Assembly (NCBI GenBank): GCA_018398765.1
Contig: JAHBMJ010000442.1
Coordinates: forward strand, 1 to 47,704
Direction of reading: 5' to 3'
Length of the DNA stretch: 47,704 bases
Origin: Chromera velia
Lineage: Eukaryota
Shown here: one piece after another, positions 1-19,899 of the stretch
Layout of the letters: each line of letters opens with the position of its first letter
How positions within the stretch are numbered: position 1 is the first letter of the stretch
Notes under the pieces: model-generated
What the model was told of the DNA's origin: nothing
Database searches by the model: none
Seen by the model: the letters and a program-made list of their open reading frames with translations, nothing else
Made by a program: the position numbers and the translations under genes

Positions 1-98
1 AGGCATGGACCGAGTGGGGGAGCTCAGATTGAAAGGCAGGACACAACAACACTTTTGGTTCTTTCGCATTTATTGCAACAGAAAGCAGAAGCACAGAC

Positions 99-571
99 AT
101 CGTTGACATCCTCCGCCCTCTTGTCATGAACCATCTGCCAGTCCTTCCACCCGTCCTCCTCCTCCAACGCCCTTGCCTTCTGGTCCTGGGTGGTCAGGAC
201 ATTCCCTCGTGTATACATGGAGTCAGTTCGCGAAGCAGCATTCAAAGACAGCACAAAACAACGCTTACGATTATGCGAACCACTTTGCTGGCAAAAGATA
301 GAATGACTTCAAACAGAAAGCAGAAGAATCAGTGGAAAGAGCATTCAGCCTACATACCGTCAATTCCAGAAAGAGAGACCCCGGAGGCGTTCAGCGTTTC
401 CGAACGTTCAGTGGTTGGCGCAGTCGTGGGAGTGTCAGGGTTCCAGAGCAGCTCTGGAGGCAGAGGCCCGGAGATCTTCACGGGGGTTGTGTGCGGGGCA
501 GGCGAAGGAAGTGCAGCCCGGCCACCGAACATCCACAAAAACCCTCCAATGACGGCACAAAAGCGGGACAT
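99..571 (-). CDS. 5' part of an unknown intron-containing gene with a hydrophobic, signal-peptide-like N-terminus and Pro/Thr-rich linker; continues off the left edge
   Basis: Putative exon 1 571-358 (MSRFCAVIGGFLWMFGGRAALPSPAPHTTP...GIDG, donor GTATGT) splices in frame to exon 2 205-99 (NVLTTQDQKARALEEEDGWKDWQMVHDKRAEDVND, donor GTCTGT). The acceptor is an unusual GAG preceded by a CTGAC branch-like motif. No family recognised. Confidence 0.4.
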
Positions 572-858
572 CACGAACTGATTGATGCGTTTGTTGGGTG
601 AACGAATGAATGAGTGAGCTCTAGTGAGTGAGCGAAGAAACAAACAAAACAGTGAACAACGGATACGCTGTGGACCTGTTGTTTTGCGCTATGCAGAAGA
701 TAAGGAAGGAAGTTCTTCAAGAAGAAGAGTGAACGCTGACGGGATGCTGATGGGCTTTAGACAGACCTAGCTACTCATTTTGATGCTGGCCGGGATGATG
801 CATGATGCTGGCCCATTGCTGGGTCGACTCCGATCGAGTCGATCGACCACATTCGACC

Positions 859-1050
859 ATGCACCGTATATGCACCGTATATGCACCGTATGCATCTCCG
901 GCCATGCGCATGATATCCGATATGTATCGATCGACCTGGCATGCATGGGCCGGCGGGCCGGCGGGGGCCGGCGGCGGCATATGCGGCGGACCGGGGGGCC
1001 GCCCGCCACCCGCGGCCCATGCCCGCCAGCCCCAGGGATACTGCACCGCA
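859..1050. repeat. GC-rich low-complexity block with 3x 11-bp ATGCACCGTAT tandem and GCCGGC-type repeats
   Basis: ATGCACCGTAT x3 at about 859-892, followed by GGCCGGCG-type iterations at 947-1030. It abuts an abrupt switch to AT-rich DNA at about 1050. Confidence 0.5.
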
Positions 1051-1354
1051 CATCGTTTTATACATCGTTTAAACTTCAAACGACACTTGAAACTACACCC
1101 TCAAACAACTTGAACGCCTTCTGAAACGTTTTATTGTGCGATTTAAAGTCTGAAACGGGTATTTTCAATATAAAGAATAAAAAAATAGTTGTAAATAGTT
1201 GAGTGTTCCTAAAGTTCAGCCACTTTAGGTGAGCAATCGCTAGCGTGCTCCTAGCTTTGCAATATGACTTAAAAGCTTATAGACTGCCCTTTACCTCTGG
1301 GACACGATGGTTGGCGAGTTAAGTTACCTGATCATCATCCTTACCAAGCAGTAC

Positions 1355-1830
1355 TAGAGTTGTTAAATGTCATTAGTGTTGATCGTGTGTCGACACTTTC
1401 AATTACTAAAGTGTCAACACTGACATGTCAACACTGACACTTATAGTAACACTTTTAAGCAAAAACAGCATTTTTGCTAGTATGCAATACGTTTTTTGTA
1501 CTGACCATCCCCAACTGTGCATGCGGCTCCTTAAAAACCTGTAAAAAGCTAGTCAATTTTATTTATAAAACGTTTCATCAGTTTTAATTTTTGCTTACCA
1601 TGTTTAAAAATCAATGAATAATTATAATTTGAAGGTTTAGGTGGTAGGAGGTTTGACTTAGCAAACTTTTTGCCTTATTATTGCCTCAAAAGTTTAAGCA
1701 TAAGGTGATCACAAATGAAAAAAAATAAGTGTCAACATTATACTAAAACATAAATATTATTAACCTTAGTATTATTCCAAACTCAAATGTTAACACTAAC
1801 ATTTGTCGCCCATGACATTTAACAACTCCA
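1355..1830. mobile_element. Non-autonomous TIR element (MITE), hAT-like
   Basis: Perfect 17-bp inverted repeat GAGTTGTTAAATGTCAT (1357-1373) / ATGACATTTAACAACTC (1812-1828). Including the terminal TA/CA gives an 8-bp TSD AGCAGTAC (1347-1354, 1831-1838); the alternative reading is a 12-bp direct repeat CAAGCAGTACTA. The interior is AT-rich with TGTCAACAC subterminal repeats and no ORF. Confidence 0.8.
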
Positions 1831-3083
1831 AGCAGTACTAGTAGCAGTACTTCAGTGTACCTGTTTTTGACCTATAGTCCTTTTATCTAACATACAACTT
1901 TAACAGACAGTTTGATGCAGTTTGATACTAGATTTAATGTACTACATTGAGAATAATCTACATTTTGGTTCTGGTATAAAAGAATCTAAAAAAAAATATT
2001 ATAGAATATTTATGTTCTTTTCTGATTAAACTCGATTTTTGTAGAAAGAGGATAACTAGAAGGATAAGCTAAAGGATAAGGCCAATGGCCATGCGTTCTG
2101 TATGATCGAGCTGGGGTGTAAGACCACTCTGCCTTGCCAGTGCCGCGGGAATTCAGTGATTGCAATAACCATTACGGGAAAACCGTTATTGCTTAAATTG
2201 TGTCATCTTCCCTCATGCATGGGAGACGACTGCCCTAGCAATATGTTCAGCTGCGCATCGAACCAGCCAAACGCTATAGACGCTCATTTATCGGCCGAAA
2301 GCGATGGTGAATGATAATGATGATGATATCTAATTTGAAAGTTTGGAAAACATAATATATATCAACTCGGAATTTGGGTCGGAAAACATTTTAAATAGTG
2401 AAGTCACTGTGTGCAAGCCAATCATGCTGTCAATGCAGTGCACTGGCAAAGAACTAGCACTGTCTGGTAGTAACCGACAGTGCTGAGTGCTATGACATTC
2501 ATGCAAGAACTACTAACTCTTCGGACTACTACGGGCAGTCTTGACTACTATTGACTTCGGAAGACGATTTTTTGAAACACTGCAATGACGCGTTGTTAGA
2601 TCGATCTTCAACACCCTCACCTGGAACGTGAACCCACCAAGTTAAAGCACCAATTAATATGAAACAACAAGTCCATCGTACTGTAAGTATATTTCAACTG
2701 GACGATTTCATTCGCGCTTGAATGAAAAGAGCGGAAGAGTCCTTTGAGTGGAACCAACAACTGAGAGAGACTGAATGAATGAACCTCAAGTCATCATTGT
2801 CATGCATGAGCCCTCTGCACGTCTGAATAGATATGCGCATGCTGATTTCACATTTCACATTTCCGTCTCGTCTCTCAACGGTGGTCTTTCTGCCCTCCCC
2901 CTCGTTCCCACTGCCACTCACTTCGTCACTTTAGCAACAGAATTTTCCGATTGATTCATCCAAAAGACTCCGAACCAATCGTCAGACCTGCCTCTCACCT
3001 ACCTGGCTTTCTCTCATTCTCCCTCTCCTTCACTGCACAAAATTCATTCATTCGATCAATCAATTGATTCACCCACTCTTCCT

Positions 3084-8720
<5,637 letters not shown>

Positions 8721-9512
8721 TGCAGTGCTGCCTTCAGTTCTTCTCTCTGTCCCTGTCACTCGCACCTTCTCACTCGGGGTCTCGCGCGCCTTTCGGAGGT
8801 GATAACGGGTGGACACAACGAGCGAGCTTCTTGCTTCTCGTCTGCTGTAAAAGGAACGTTCACAATATCGGACTATACCTGCGACCCAAAGGCTGCGAGC
8901 ACCAATTTGCCGAATTACGCTGTGGAAGTGTATGACAACCGCTCGCTGTTAGACGGAGATATCTGACAACCACTCCAGCTAGCTGAAGCATATAGCATCA
9001 TATAGCTGAAGCTATTCCCGCGCGCACCCAGTTTTTCTATTAATATAGTTACGGTGTATATAGCTGACGGCCGGCCCGCCATGCAGGAATTATATAACTG
9101 CATGCCATATCTGACAACTTTCCGGGGCCGCGCGCGCGGCTTGTACCAGCAGATTTCCTTGCGTGCGTCAATGAAGGTGCATGCAAATTTAATAAGGTGA
9201 GACGGCAATTTGACGGCAATACAGAGAAGATTGATCGTAGAAGCAGCAGTTTGATCGACTGGAGGAGAGGGTGCTTCGATGACCGCGAGTTGTGATCATT
9301 CGTTACTCTGAAAAGAACCTGGTCGGATCGTTGGTTCTTTTTTTTTCTTCCAAAGGAAGCCAAAAGCTTGAGCGATCTCTGTGTCGCTTTGTCCGGCTCT
9401 CTTCCCGACGCCGAGCTAACGGGGCAAATTTCCCGTCAAAAACAGCGGACGAAGAGTGCAAGTCGGTAAGCTCAAGCAAACCTTTTTCACAAGCAAGGGA
9501 GGCAAAAAGACG
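8721..9512. promoter_or_regulatory. Divergent (bidirectional) promoter/5'UTR interval
   Basis: About 790 bp between the ABC ATG (8720, minus) and the oxidase ATG (9513, plus). It is microsatellite-free and has repeated TATAGCTG/TAGCTG motifs at about 8979-9067. Confidence 0.5.
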
Positions 9513-9887
9513 ATGCCGCAGTCAATCCTTGCAAAGGGCCCCGGGCTGAGGTCGTGGGGGGGCGACTCTGGAGGAGGTTCTCTGGTGTTCTGGGTGAACG
9601 GCAAAAAGTTCTCCTTTCCCGCCAAGACGGTCGACCCCAACCTCTCCCTGGCGGAGTTTTTGAGAGAACGGCTGGACCACACGGAGGTCAAGGTGTCCTG
9701 TGGAGAGGGAGGTGAGTGCCTGGGTCGGGGGGGGATCTACTGTGCTGTATGACGTGCGCGTATGTATAGAAGGAGGGGGGGTCGGGGGGCACCACCCCTG
9801 TGAGCGGCCGGGATCCAAGCCTGGATGCTGAGTGAAAGGCAGAGAGAGGGGGTGAGGAGACAGACAGGGGTGGAATNCAGAGAGAGA

Positions 9888-9931
<44 letters not shown>

Positions 9932-10289
9932 AAGAGACGAAGAGGCAGGGGAACGTCTGCTCGCTCGGTTGGACATGGAATGTCCTGCTGACCACATGGA
10001 AGGACTCTCTATTACTTGAAAGAAAAACAAATAGCAGAAGGCAAGACGCCTTAGCATAAACTGATGGCTGTGTATCACAGGACCTGGTGGTGTGTGTCCT
10101 TGAAAGAAAGAGAACGGAGAGAAAGAAGGAGTTGCTCAGAAAGCTGACGGGCCAGATTTCAAATCAGAAAGAAGTACAGTGAGAATGGCGGAAGGAGGGA
10201 GAATGAAAACGAGCCGTGAGAGAGACCACCGATGGAACCCCCGACTCTCTCTCAGCATGCAGACTTAATTTTCTTTCGGAGAAATACCC

Positions 10290-10350
<61 letters not shown>

Positions 10351-11414
10351 CCCGCCCGTACCTGTTGTGTACGAGGGAGACTGTTTTCTGTCTCTCTGAA
10401 CATGTGTGCTTTTGCCTGTCTCTGGGGGGAGAGAGAGCCCACGGGTGAGGGCGTGTGTATGCATCTTTGTATGCGAGATACTGGTATGCATGTGCGTCCG
10501 TGCGTGTGTGGTTCAGGTTGCGGTGCCTGCTCCGTTCTTGTTCAGTGCTGGAGAGGGGAGAAGGAGAAGGGCGGGGAGGAGACAGGCAGTGAGGCCGAGC
10601 CTGAGTGGGAGGAGAGGACGATGCTGAGCTGTCTGACTCCTATTGGGAATTTGCATGGGAAGGCGGTGGTCAGTCAGTTAGGTCTTCTCTCTCTCTCTCT
10701 GTTTCTCTCTCTGTTTGTTTGTGTCTTTGTTTGTTTCTTTTTTTGTGAGGCATGCGCGCAAAGAAAAAAACACATAGACACAGCCATCTGTCAAATTACC
10801 TACTTGCGAACGCATCACAAGAAGCCGCTCAATTAACACCTGCTGCCGCCTTGAAAGCGAATGGATGACGCAGGGATTGGTACGTTGGATAAAAGAAAGC
10901 AAGATTGGCTAGCTGGCGCGTTTGTTTGTTTGTGTCTGCACGGTACAGACGGTACAGAACAGAGGGGTCAATTTTGAGAATATGCATGTCGAAGGACAAT
11001 GTTTGTCTGTCGGTCGAGGGATTCTGGTGTCCTGAGCAGGTTTGACGGATGAATGAATGAATGAATGAATGAAGCAAACAAACAAATGCCTGCCATTCCA
11101 TTCCCTTCAGGTGACTTCGAAGGGTCTGATGGGAACGTCTCCTTCGTGTGCCTCCTCTTCCTCTACTGGGTGTTGTGGGGGGAAGGAGAAGGGGGAGGGG
11201 GGCTGTGCGGCCAAGGGGAAGGGCAAGGGTGTGTGTGGGGTGGAGGAGGAGGCTCCTCATCCGGTTCACAAGAAGATTGCAGAATTCGGGGGACTGCAGG
11301 TGAGAGGATGGCTGGGCATGATAGTCTGAACACACACATATATGTACATGCACACTCACATATACACATGCAGAAAGAGGCCCCTTTTCTTAATTGCCTT
11401 TGTGTGTGTGTGTG

Positions 11415-11450
<36 letters not shown>

Positions 11451-12348
11451 NNNNNNNNNNNNNNNNNNNNNNNNNNNNNNNNNNNNNNNNNNNNNNNNNN
11501 NNNNNNNNNNNNNNNNNNNNNNNNNNNNNNNNNNNNNNNNNNNNNNNNNNNNNNNNNNNNNNNNNNNNNNNNNNNNNNNNNNNNNNNNNNNNNNNNNNNN
11601 NNNNNNNNNNNNNNNNNNNNNNNNNNNNNNNNNNNNNNNNNNNNNNNNNNNNNNNNNNNNNNNNNNNNNNNNNNNNNNNNNNNNNNNNNNNNNNNNNNNN
11701 NNNNNNNNNNNNNNNNNNNNNNNNNNNNNNNNNNNNNNNNNNNNGGGGGGGGGGGGGGGGAAGGAACTGTGGGGTGTGCAGCCACCGTTGGTTCTGATGC
11801 GGGTGGAGTCACGCAGAAAAAGTATGGTGCTCTCTCAACAAGAATGCATCAGTTCGCCACCAACGTGTTGTAAGGTGGCTCCTCAGTCTGCTCCATGATT
11901 ATGCGCACAGAAAGGCAGGATCGCTTTCTTTGTTTCTTTTCTTGTGTCTGGGATTTGAGGGAAGGCATTGGACCCAAAAAACAAGGATGCGAAAGCAAGC
12001 TTCACTTCAGGGGGCCTTCTCTTCTCGCGCTTGGAGGACCTCAGGGCCTCGTGAGGCGAGCTTGCCCCAGGGTGCTTTCAGAAACCCGAATAGTCCCGTT
12101 TTCGTCTCTGATTTTAACTCGTACTCTTACTTGAATGCATGAATATTCTCATGCAGTGTGGGTACTGCACACCCGGAATGTCTGTGAACATCTACGCGGG
12201 TCTGCGGCGGTCTGCACGGAGACAGCAAGGCAGGGAGAGTGCGACGAAGGGGACGAAAGAAGGAGAAGAGGAAATCGAGGAGAAAGACTTGGAAGGAATT
12301 CTGGACAACAACATCTGCAGGTCCGTTTCGTTTCTGTCCGCCTGTCTG

Positions 12349-12379
<31 letters not shown>

Positions 12380-13204
12380 ATCTCTGTGTGCCTTTCTTTC
12401 GGAGCAAAATGGCTGGGAAAACAAAGAAAGTGTTTTCTTTCGGAGCAAAATGGCTGGGAAAACAAAGAAAGTGTTTTCTTTCGGAGCAAAATGGCTGGGA
12501 AAACAAAGAAAGTGTTTTCTTTCGGAGCAAAATGGCTGGGAAAACAAAGAAAGTGTTTTCTTTCGGAGCAAAATGGCTGGGAAAACAAAGAACGTGTGTG
12601 TCCTATCTAATTCTTCCGCCCCCTGCCAGTGCAGCTCCTTTTTCTGTTGAGGGCTCAATTGTGTCAAATTTCTGTGCATGGGAATATTTCGCCGCAGTGT
12701 CCTCTTTTGTTTTATTTTGTTCTGTTCAGTCTTGTTCTGTTCGCTTCTGCTGACTGGTGAGTGCCTGCAGGTGCACGGGCTACCGTCCTCTGTCGACTGC
12801 CTGCAAGGCCTTTTGTGCGGACGGAGACTTGGAGGAGCTTGCACTGGCCTCATGCAAAGAGGGGCCGGCAGAGAGGGGAACTAAGTGCCCCCCCCATAGG
12901 CACAAGTTGTCGTGGGAAGAGGCGAAGACGGCAGGCGACGCTCCATCTGTCCTCTCCGTACGTCGTTTTTGTTTCTTTGAGAAAGATTTTAGGCAAGGGA
13001 GCAGAGAGAGCGGGAGTGAGGTTCTTCCTCCCTTCCTCGTCACGCCTTTCGATCATCGTGGTCACTAGCTGAATTGATCTCTTCGATTTTGTGTGTCTCT
13101 CTTTTCTCTTTACGTCTCTCTCTCTGTGTCTCCCTCTTTCTTTCTTTTTGTCTCTCTCTCTCTCTCTCTCTCTTTTTTTCTTTCTTGCGCGCGCTATGTA
13201 CATG

Positions 13205-13239
<35 letters not shown>

Positions 13240-16200
13240 GGCCCCTCTCTCGCATGGCACCGTCCCCGTTCTTTGAGAGAGCTTATTCAGAGGTCTGCCT
13301 GCCTGTCTGTCTGTCTGTCTGTCTGTCTGAGAGAGCGCGCCAAAAGAAGAAAGAAAGAAACAGAACAGAACAGAATGAAGAAGGAGAAAAAAGGAAAAGA
13401 AAAGACGATATAGTCTGTCTGTCTGTCTGTCTGTCCCTCTCTCTCTCGGTCATGCACTGCCTAGTCTGTCTGACTGTCTGCCTGCCCGGCAGCAACTGCA
13501 CAGTCTGTCAATCACGGAGAGGAGGTGATAAAAGAAAGGAAGAAAGAAAAGAATTAAAGGCACAGCCAGTCCATGTGCCCGTTTTACAATGCATCTGCCT
13601 CTGGAAGAAGAAAAAGAAGAAGAAGAAGAAAGGGAAAGGAAAGAAGCAGGTACTCCGTCGGCATCCCTGTCTCCCTCCCTGCCTGTCTATCTGCAGATGG
13701 AGAGAGGCACAGCGGGAGGGCAGAGAGCCCCGAATTGTGGCTGCGGGGACCGGGGCCGGGATCTACAAAGATTGCCCCCCCATCAGGTAGGTCGACATAC
13801 CGACTGTCTCTCTCTCTCTCGATGCTGCCCTCTCCTCTCGGTCCCTTCTTGGAATTTTGTTTGTTTGTGCAGTTTGATTCAACAATACTGTTCTGTGCAG
13901 TTTCTGTTTGTATCCATGCTCGTGTGTGTAAAAACGATGGGCTGGAGGTGCAAACAGGTGGATCAAACGATTTTCTTCCTGCTCACTGCCTGCCTGAGTG
14001 ACTGACTGACTGACTGCACGGATGTATGGATGTATGACTGTATGGGTGGATGTATGGACGCAGGCGTCCCTTCGTGGCAGGGAGCACTTCTGTTCCTCGG
14101 GGGTCTCTTTTTCCCCTTGTCCCTGTGGACAGACCCCTGTCGGTGATCTCTCTGGAAGACCTCTGTGACTCTTCCTCTTCTTTTCCTTCTTCTTCTTCGG
14201 GTCCTGCTGGGTCCGTGGGTGTGGATGCCTTCCTTCGGAGAGGGGGGGCGGCAGGAGAGGGGAGACGGCAGGGGGTCTGGATGGAACGGTGGACTGACCG
14301 AGCGGAGGGGGGAGGAACAGCAATGCTGCAGGTAGGAGGGGGGGAGGGAGGCACAGAAAGGAATTAAAGGGGTTATTGGTTGATTGTGTGACGACGTCCG
14401 CGTGTATGTTGTTTGACTCACCGCTACAAATGCCCGTGTGTGTCGTCTAAAGATTTGCGTATGCATGCATGGACTCTGAATAGGCGTGGATATCCTAGTG
14501 ACTAACTGGCTGCTGACCTGTGTGCCCACACGGAAGCATGGATGGATGTGTGGATGGATGGATCAATGGAATGCAGGACATAGGAGGTCCCATGGGAGTG
14601 TGTGCGATTGCTGCTGGAGCTGCCCCCCTCTGTCTGTGGATCAGTGGGGTCTCTACTTTGACTAACCTTCGGGACTTTTTCTCCTTCGGAACCCATCCGT
14701 CTCATCTGTCTCAGGTCAGCAGGGGAACAAATCAAAGGACCAAGTACACAAGAAAAGAGCGAGAGAGGGGGGAGGCTCTGGAGGGGGGAGGAGACCGCAT
14801 CTTTTTCTGCCGCACTGTCTTTCTTTATTTCTTTTCTTTCTTTGAGTGATGAGGAAAAATCGGGGTGCGAAAAAAAGAGAAAATGCCACGATAGAAGAAA
14901 GAAAGAAAGAATGACCTGCGTGGGAGATGCCTAAGTGATGACTGAAGTGCCTTCCTTCCTCCCTCCCCCCCTTCCTTCCTTCCTCCCTCCCTCCAGGCAT
15001 TCGAGGCAGCAGGACGTCATCTGGAGTTGGTGGCAACAGAGCATGTGCGGAATTCGGCAACAGTCGGGGGTCGGTCGGTCAGTCGGTCGGTCGGTCGGTC
15101 TCTTACTTTTCCTTCTTGACCCCCTCGCCTCCTCTCCTGGCTGTTTGCGGTGTTCGTCTACTTCTCTCTCTTGCCCTCTCTGTGTTTGTGTCTGTGTTTG
15201 TTTGTGTACGGATTTGTTTGTTTGTTTGTGTTTGTGTGTGTGTGTGTGCGCGCGCGCGCGCGTGTGCAGGAAACCTGACTCTGTGCAGGGAAAGGGGTTT
15301 CCAGTCGGATGTTGCGCCTCTTCTCCTCTCTCTCGGGGGTGCCCAAGTTCCATGCTCTGCCGGCCTGTCCTCTCTTTCCTCCAAACTGGGCAGCTCCGCC
15401 TGCCAGTGGGTGAAGGTCGTCGAGTTGCCATCCAAAGAAAAAGGAAAGGGAGAGATGGGGGCGGGGGAGTGGACAGAAATCTCCAGAGAGAGTCAGTCAG
15501 TCAGTCAGTCAGTCAGTCGCTCCACATATTTATTTCACGTATGCATACAATGACGTCACGCGCCCAACCTGTGTGTGTGCGCATGTGCGCCTGTGTACCT
15601 CCCGCATGTGTTCTGTGAAAGCGATCGAGTCCATCCCACAAGATCGATCTCACGTGCGTCCGTCCAAATTCTGCTTCTTCCAATTGTTCCGGCGCTTCTC
15701 TTTCTTTCTAGTGTTCTCTCTCTTTGTGTTGTGGTGCCTGCATCCATGCCTCCACAACTCCCCCCGCTTTTGCCCGCAGGCCCGGTGGGAGAGAGCGAGG
15801 GCGAGTGGATGACCCTGGAGGACTTTCTTGAGGTCGACGCGGAAGGAGAAGGGGAAGAAACGCCCAAGTGAGTGCGTGCGTCAGTCAGGCTAGCCCTTTG
15901 TTCGCTTGGACTTGCGTTCGTTTTTTTTCGTTTCCTTTCCCTTCCGTGCTGGAGAGATGCCAACAGACCGGAAACAATAGCCTTTGTGTTTGTCTCTCCA
16001 TACTCTGTGAGAAGAGAAAAGTATTCATTCACCTTTCATCATTACCTTCGCTCGAGACGATAACAAATAACGGAAAAGAAGATAAATTTTGTCTGAACAC
16101 CTGTGTGTACGTGAGAGAGAGAAGGAGGGGAGGTAAGGGGAAAGCCGACGCTTCTTCAAGTTTCTTCCTTCCGCCTCAATGATCCTTTCTGTCTGTCTGT

Positions 16201-17735
16201 CTGTCTGTCTGTCTGTGTGTCTGTGCAGGTATCTGGTTCTTGGCCTTGTCATTCTCCTCCCGGGGCCCTCCGCGGGGTCCCTCTCCCTCCAGGAGCAGAG
16301 CATGCCGGGGCCCCCCGAGACCTTCCGGTCCCCCTTCACGGGTGCTGCAGAGGGCAGAAGGAAAGTGCAGAGGGAGAAGGAGAAACAGCCTGAGTGGAAG
16401 CTTGTCACGCACAGAGTCGCTGCGAGACCTAGGAACGCACACGCACATGCGAGCGCGTTTTTCTGGACCCAAACCGGCGCAGGTGTGTGGGGTTTTGCGT
16501 GTTGAGTGTCGACTTGACATGATGAATGAGTATGTGTCGTTTGGGTTTTTTCTGTGCGTTCCGCCTCCTCCCAAATTGCGTGGCCTGTTCCCGTTTCTTT
16601 TGTGCCTTGATCGGTCTCTCCGTCCATCTGCCTTCGTGCCGCCTTTCATTGGCACCAACTCTATGCAGGTGGAGAAATGGAAGGGACCCGCAGGATTTTC
16701 CTGAATCCGGGATGCGTGAAGAACGTTCTTTTCTATTTATGCTCTCGAAATACAGCTAACTGAAGTATTTCGGAACAGGGTGTTGTGAGTAGAGTACATT
16801 AACCGCATGTGTGTTTCAACATGATCCTGACAGTGTTTCCTCCTCAGCGTATGTTCTTTGTCTCTCTCTTCCTCTTCGTGTTCCTCATGCTCCGGATTTG
16901 CGCGTGAGCGTGCAGATGGGAAAATGCAGTCATGCCGGCTGGTGGCGGGTGCAGTGCAACCTCGCCCCGTGGTGCTGCGCGGGGCCGAGAGGATTGTGAT
17001 TGAGCACTGGCGTGACGGGTCTCTTTCCTCCGAAGCTCTGCGGAAGATGCTAGAGGCCGTGGGCAAAGAGGCTCCCGCAGACCCTGAGCTTTTCAGAAAG
17101 GACAAGGAGAAAACGGAGTACGCAAATAAGGTCGGTAACTTCTTTCTCCGTTCTCTCGCATTGGGAAAGCAGAGCGGCAGAAACTGACGAGAAGTTCGCC
17201 TTTTGAAGGATACTTCGCTTCCTTTTCTTGTACATGTTCTCGCTAGCTGTTGGAGGCTCCAACGACGCTTCCATGCCAACTTTCTTCGTTCTTTCTGTCT
17301 AGAAAACAAAAAGAGAACATACAAGGCCCACAAAGTTCTGGCAAGAGAAACAGACTCAACGACTTTGCACTTTCTTGAGGCCATTCATGAGTGTGCGTGC
17401 GTCAGGCCACTACTAGCACACGTCTGACAAGCGCAATCGCTTTCTCTCCTTCGTTCCCTTCTAGAGGCGCCCCCCTCTTCCCCTTGCAGTTTTGTACAAA
17501 CAAACCCCTCTGATTCCCCCCCCCCCCCCNGTCCTTGGCCTCTCTTTGATAAACTCTGCCTCAGGTTCTCAAAGCATTTGCACAGAAGTCTTTCGGCCCC
17601 CCTCCCCTCTCTCCAGTGGACAGGGTCAGTCAGTCAGCCAGTCAGTGGGCGGGTGGGCGGGTGACAGAGGAATTGTTCTCTTCCGCTTTCTCTCTGTCGG
17701 TCTGTCGGTCTCTCTCTTTCTCCCTGTATTGGCGT

Positions 17736-17790
<55 letters not shown>

Positions 17791-19855
17791 CCTGTGAAGA
17801 GAAGAACACAGGATGTTTTTTGTTTTTCTGACAAAAGAGTGACGTACACAAAAGAGTCAAGTGTGGGAGCAATGATGCACCTTCTTGCAGCTTTCCCTCC
17901 TGTCTTCGCTGCCGTCTTCTTTTTCCTTCTTTGACATGAGGAAAAGAGACAGAAAAAAGACAAGACAAGTGACACAATCGATCAAACGAATCGAATGACT
18001 GCAGGTGAGTATGGCGACGGAGACGCCCTCTCTCCCTCCAATCAAGGCGAGGCCCACGGTACAGGGGGCAGTGAAGAAATCGGAAGACAAACAGACCCAC
18101 CGACCTGTACCCAAACAGGACTCGATCGAACTCGCCTCTGGGGAAGCTCGGTAAGTAAGTGAGTGGGTGAGTGAGTGAGTCATGAATGCATACGTGGGTT
18201 TACACGGTCTACAGGGTCTCAAAAGAGATGTTCTTTCCCCTTGAGCTTCGGGTTGACCCCCTCCCTTCCACCATTCTCCAGCCAGGCAGAGTAAAATCAA
18301 CTCCATCCATCCGGCCAGTCCCAAGCCAGCCAGCCCGCCCTTTTCCTTCACGATATCATATACATTGAACGCAACAGCCGTCGAGCATCCATCCATCCAA
18401 CCGAACCATGGACTAATGGGGGGATAGACACCCAGCCTTTTGCATACTTGCAAGTCTGTCACCAATTGCTTTTTTTGTCTGGACTTTCCTCCGCATTCAT
18501 TTCAACGGCCTGCATTGTCTTTCTCTTCTTTGTCTTTCTCTTTCCCTTCTGCTGATGGATGCATGGGAAGGGCAGGAAAGAAACTTGGAGAGAAGAGAGG
18601 AGAGGTGTGCGTCCTCTCATGAGGCTCCTCTCAGGGGGTGGATTCCCAGAGCCGTCTTGTTTTTGTTTGTGTGCGTGTGTCTGCATGTGTATGTGTATTT
18701 GTATATCGACGTTGTTCTGTTTATAAGTGTTTGTGTGTGCCTGCATGTGCAATTCAACAAATGACTGTGCATGCAGGTATCTGAGGGACGTTCCAATCCC
18801 CAGAGGGACCCTCCACGCTGCCCTGGTGCAGGCTCCTGGGGCTCTGGAGATCTTTTGGTCGGTCTGTCGGTTGGTTGGTCCGTTGCTTCCTTCATGTCTG
18901 CAGTTGGTCTTGTGTTTTCTTTCTTTTCTGTTTTTATTTCCTCTCTGTTTTTCTTTTTCTTTCTTTTTCTCTCTCTTCCTTTCTCTGCCTCTTTCTTTCC
19001 CCTCTTTGCGAGGGGAAAATGAGTGAATGAATGAATGGATGAGTGCAGCCGTTCGACTTTCGAGAAGGCTCGCAGCGCCCTTGTCGTGAAAGGAGAGGAC
19101 GACAAGGAAGGCAAAGTGGGGAAAGTCGTGGAAGTACTCGACGCAGAGGACCTGTTCGGCGAGGACATGAAGAAGTCAGCGCACTGGCTCACCCACTCTC
19201 TCACTTACTCACTCCTTACCTGGCTTCTTTCTTTGATCTGCTATCCTCCCTCTGCCCTGCCGCTATGCTCCCTCCGGTTTGTCTGTGTGCCTCCTCGTCT
19301 CCTCTCTCGTGCCCTCCACACACCATTCATTCCGTCTCTGAGTTTACCTGTCCATCAGTCAGTCAACCGATCGGCATTTGATCAGTCATCATCAGCAACG
19401 AACGGATCGCGCCAACCACGCACTGGCATCATGAGTCAATTCATTAAGAGAGCACCCGAGCAAGCAGTCAAAGAAGAAAGGAACTTCCTCTCTCTCTCTC
19501 TCTCTCTTCTCTCTTCATGTTCTTTGTAGGCGTTTCTTCTCCTTCTTTGGAATGGACCACGGGCCGCTGGTTGCGTTTCCGTTCGACGAAGGCCAAGAAG
19601 AGAAAGGCGAAGAAGAGAAGGAGAGAACGACATACGCGGGGCAGCCCGTGGCTGTTGTCCTTGCGGAGTCTCCCGAGGAGGCGGAGAGGGGCGCCGCCTT
19701 CATGGCCAGAGAGGGCCTCAAACAGGTAGGAAGGAAGGCCACACTAGAGATAGGCGATCATTCATTGAAATGGGTATACAGAACACACGCGTGAAAGATG
19801 AACACACGCACACTCTCTCTCTACCCCTGTCCCTCGCACACACATACACACACAC

Positions 19856-19899
<44 letters not shown>

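Noticed and set aside
767..1124. Overlapping ORFs in five frames
   Set aside because: An artefact of GC-rich, stop-poor repetitive sequence with no protein-like features.
12393..12592. 41-bp repeat array as a CRISPR
   Set aside because: The units are contiguous with no unique spacers, there are no cas genes, and it lies within a eukaryotic intron.
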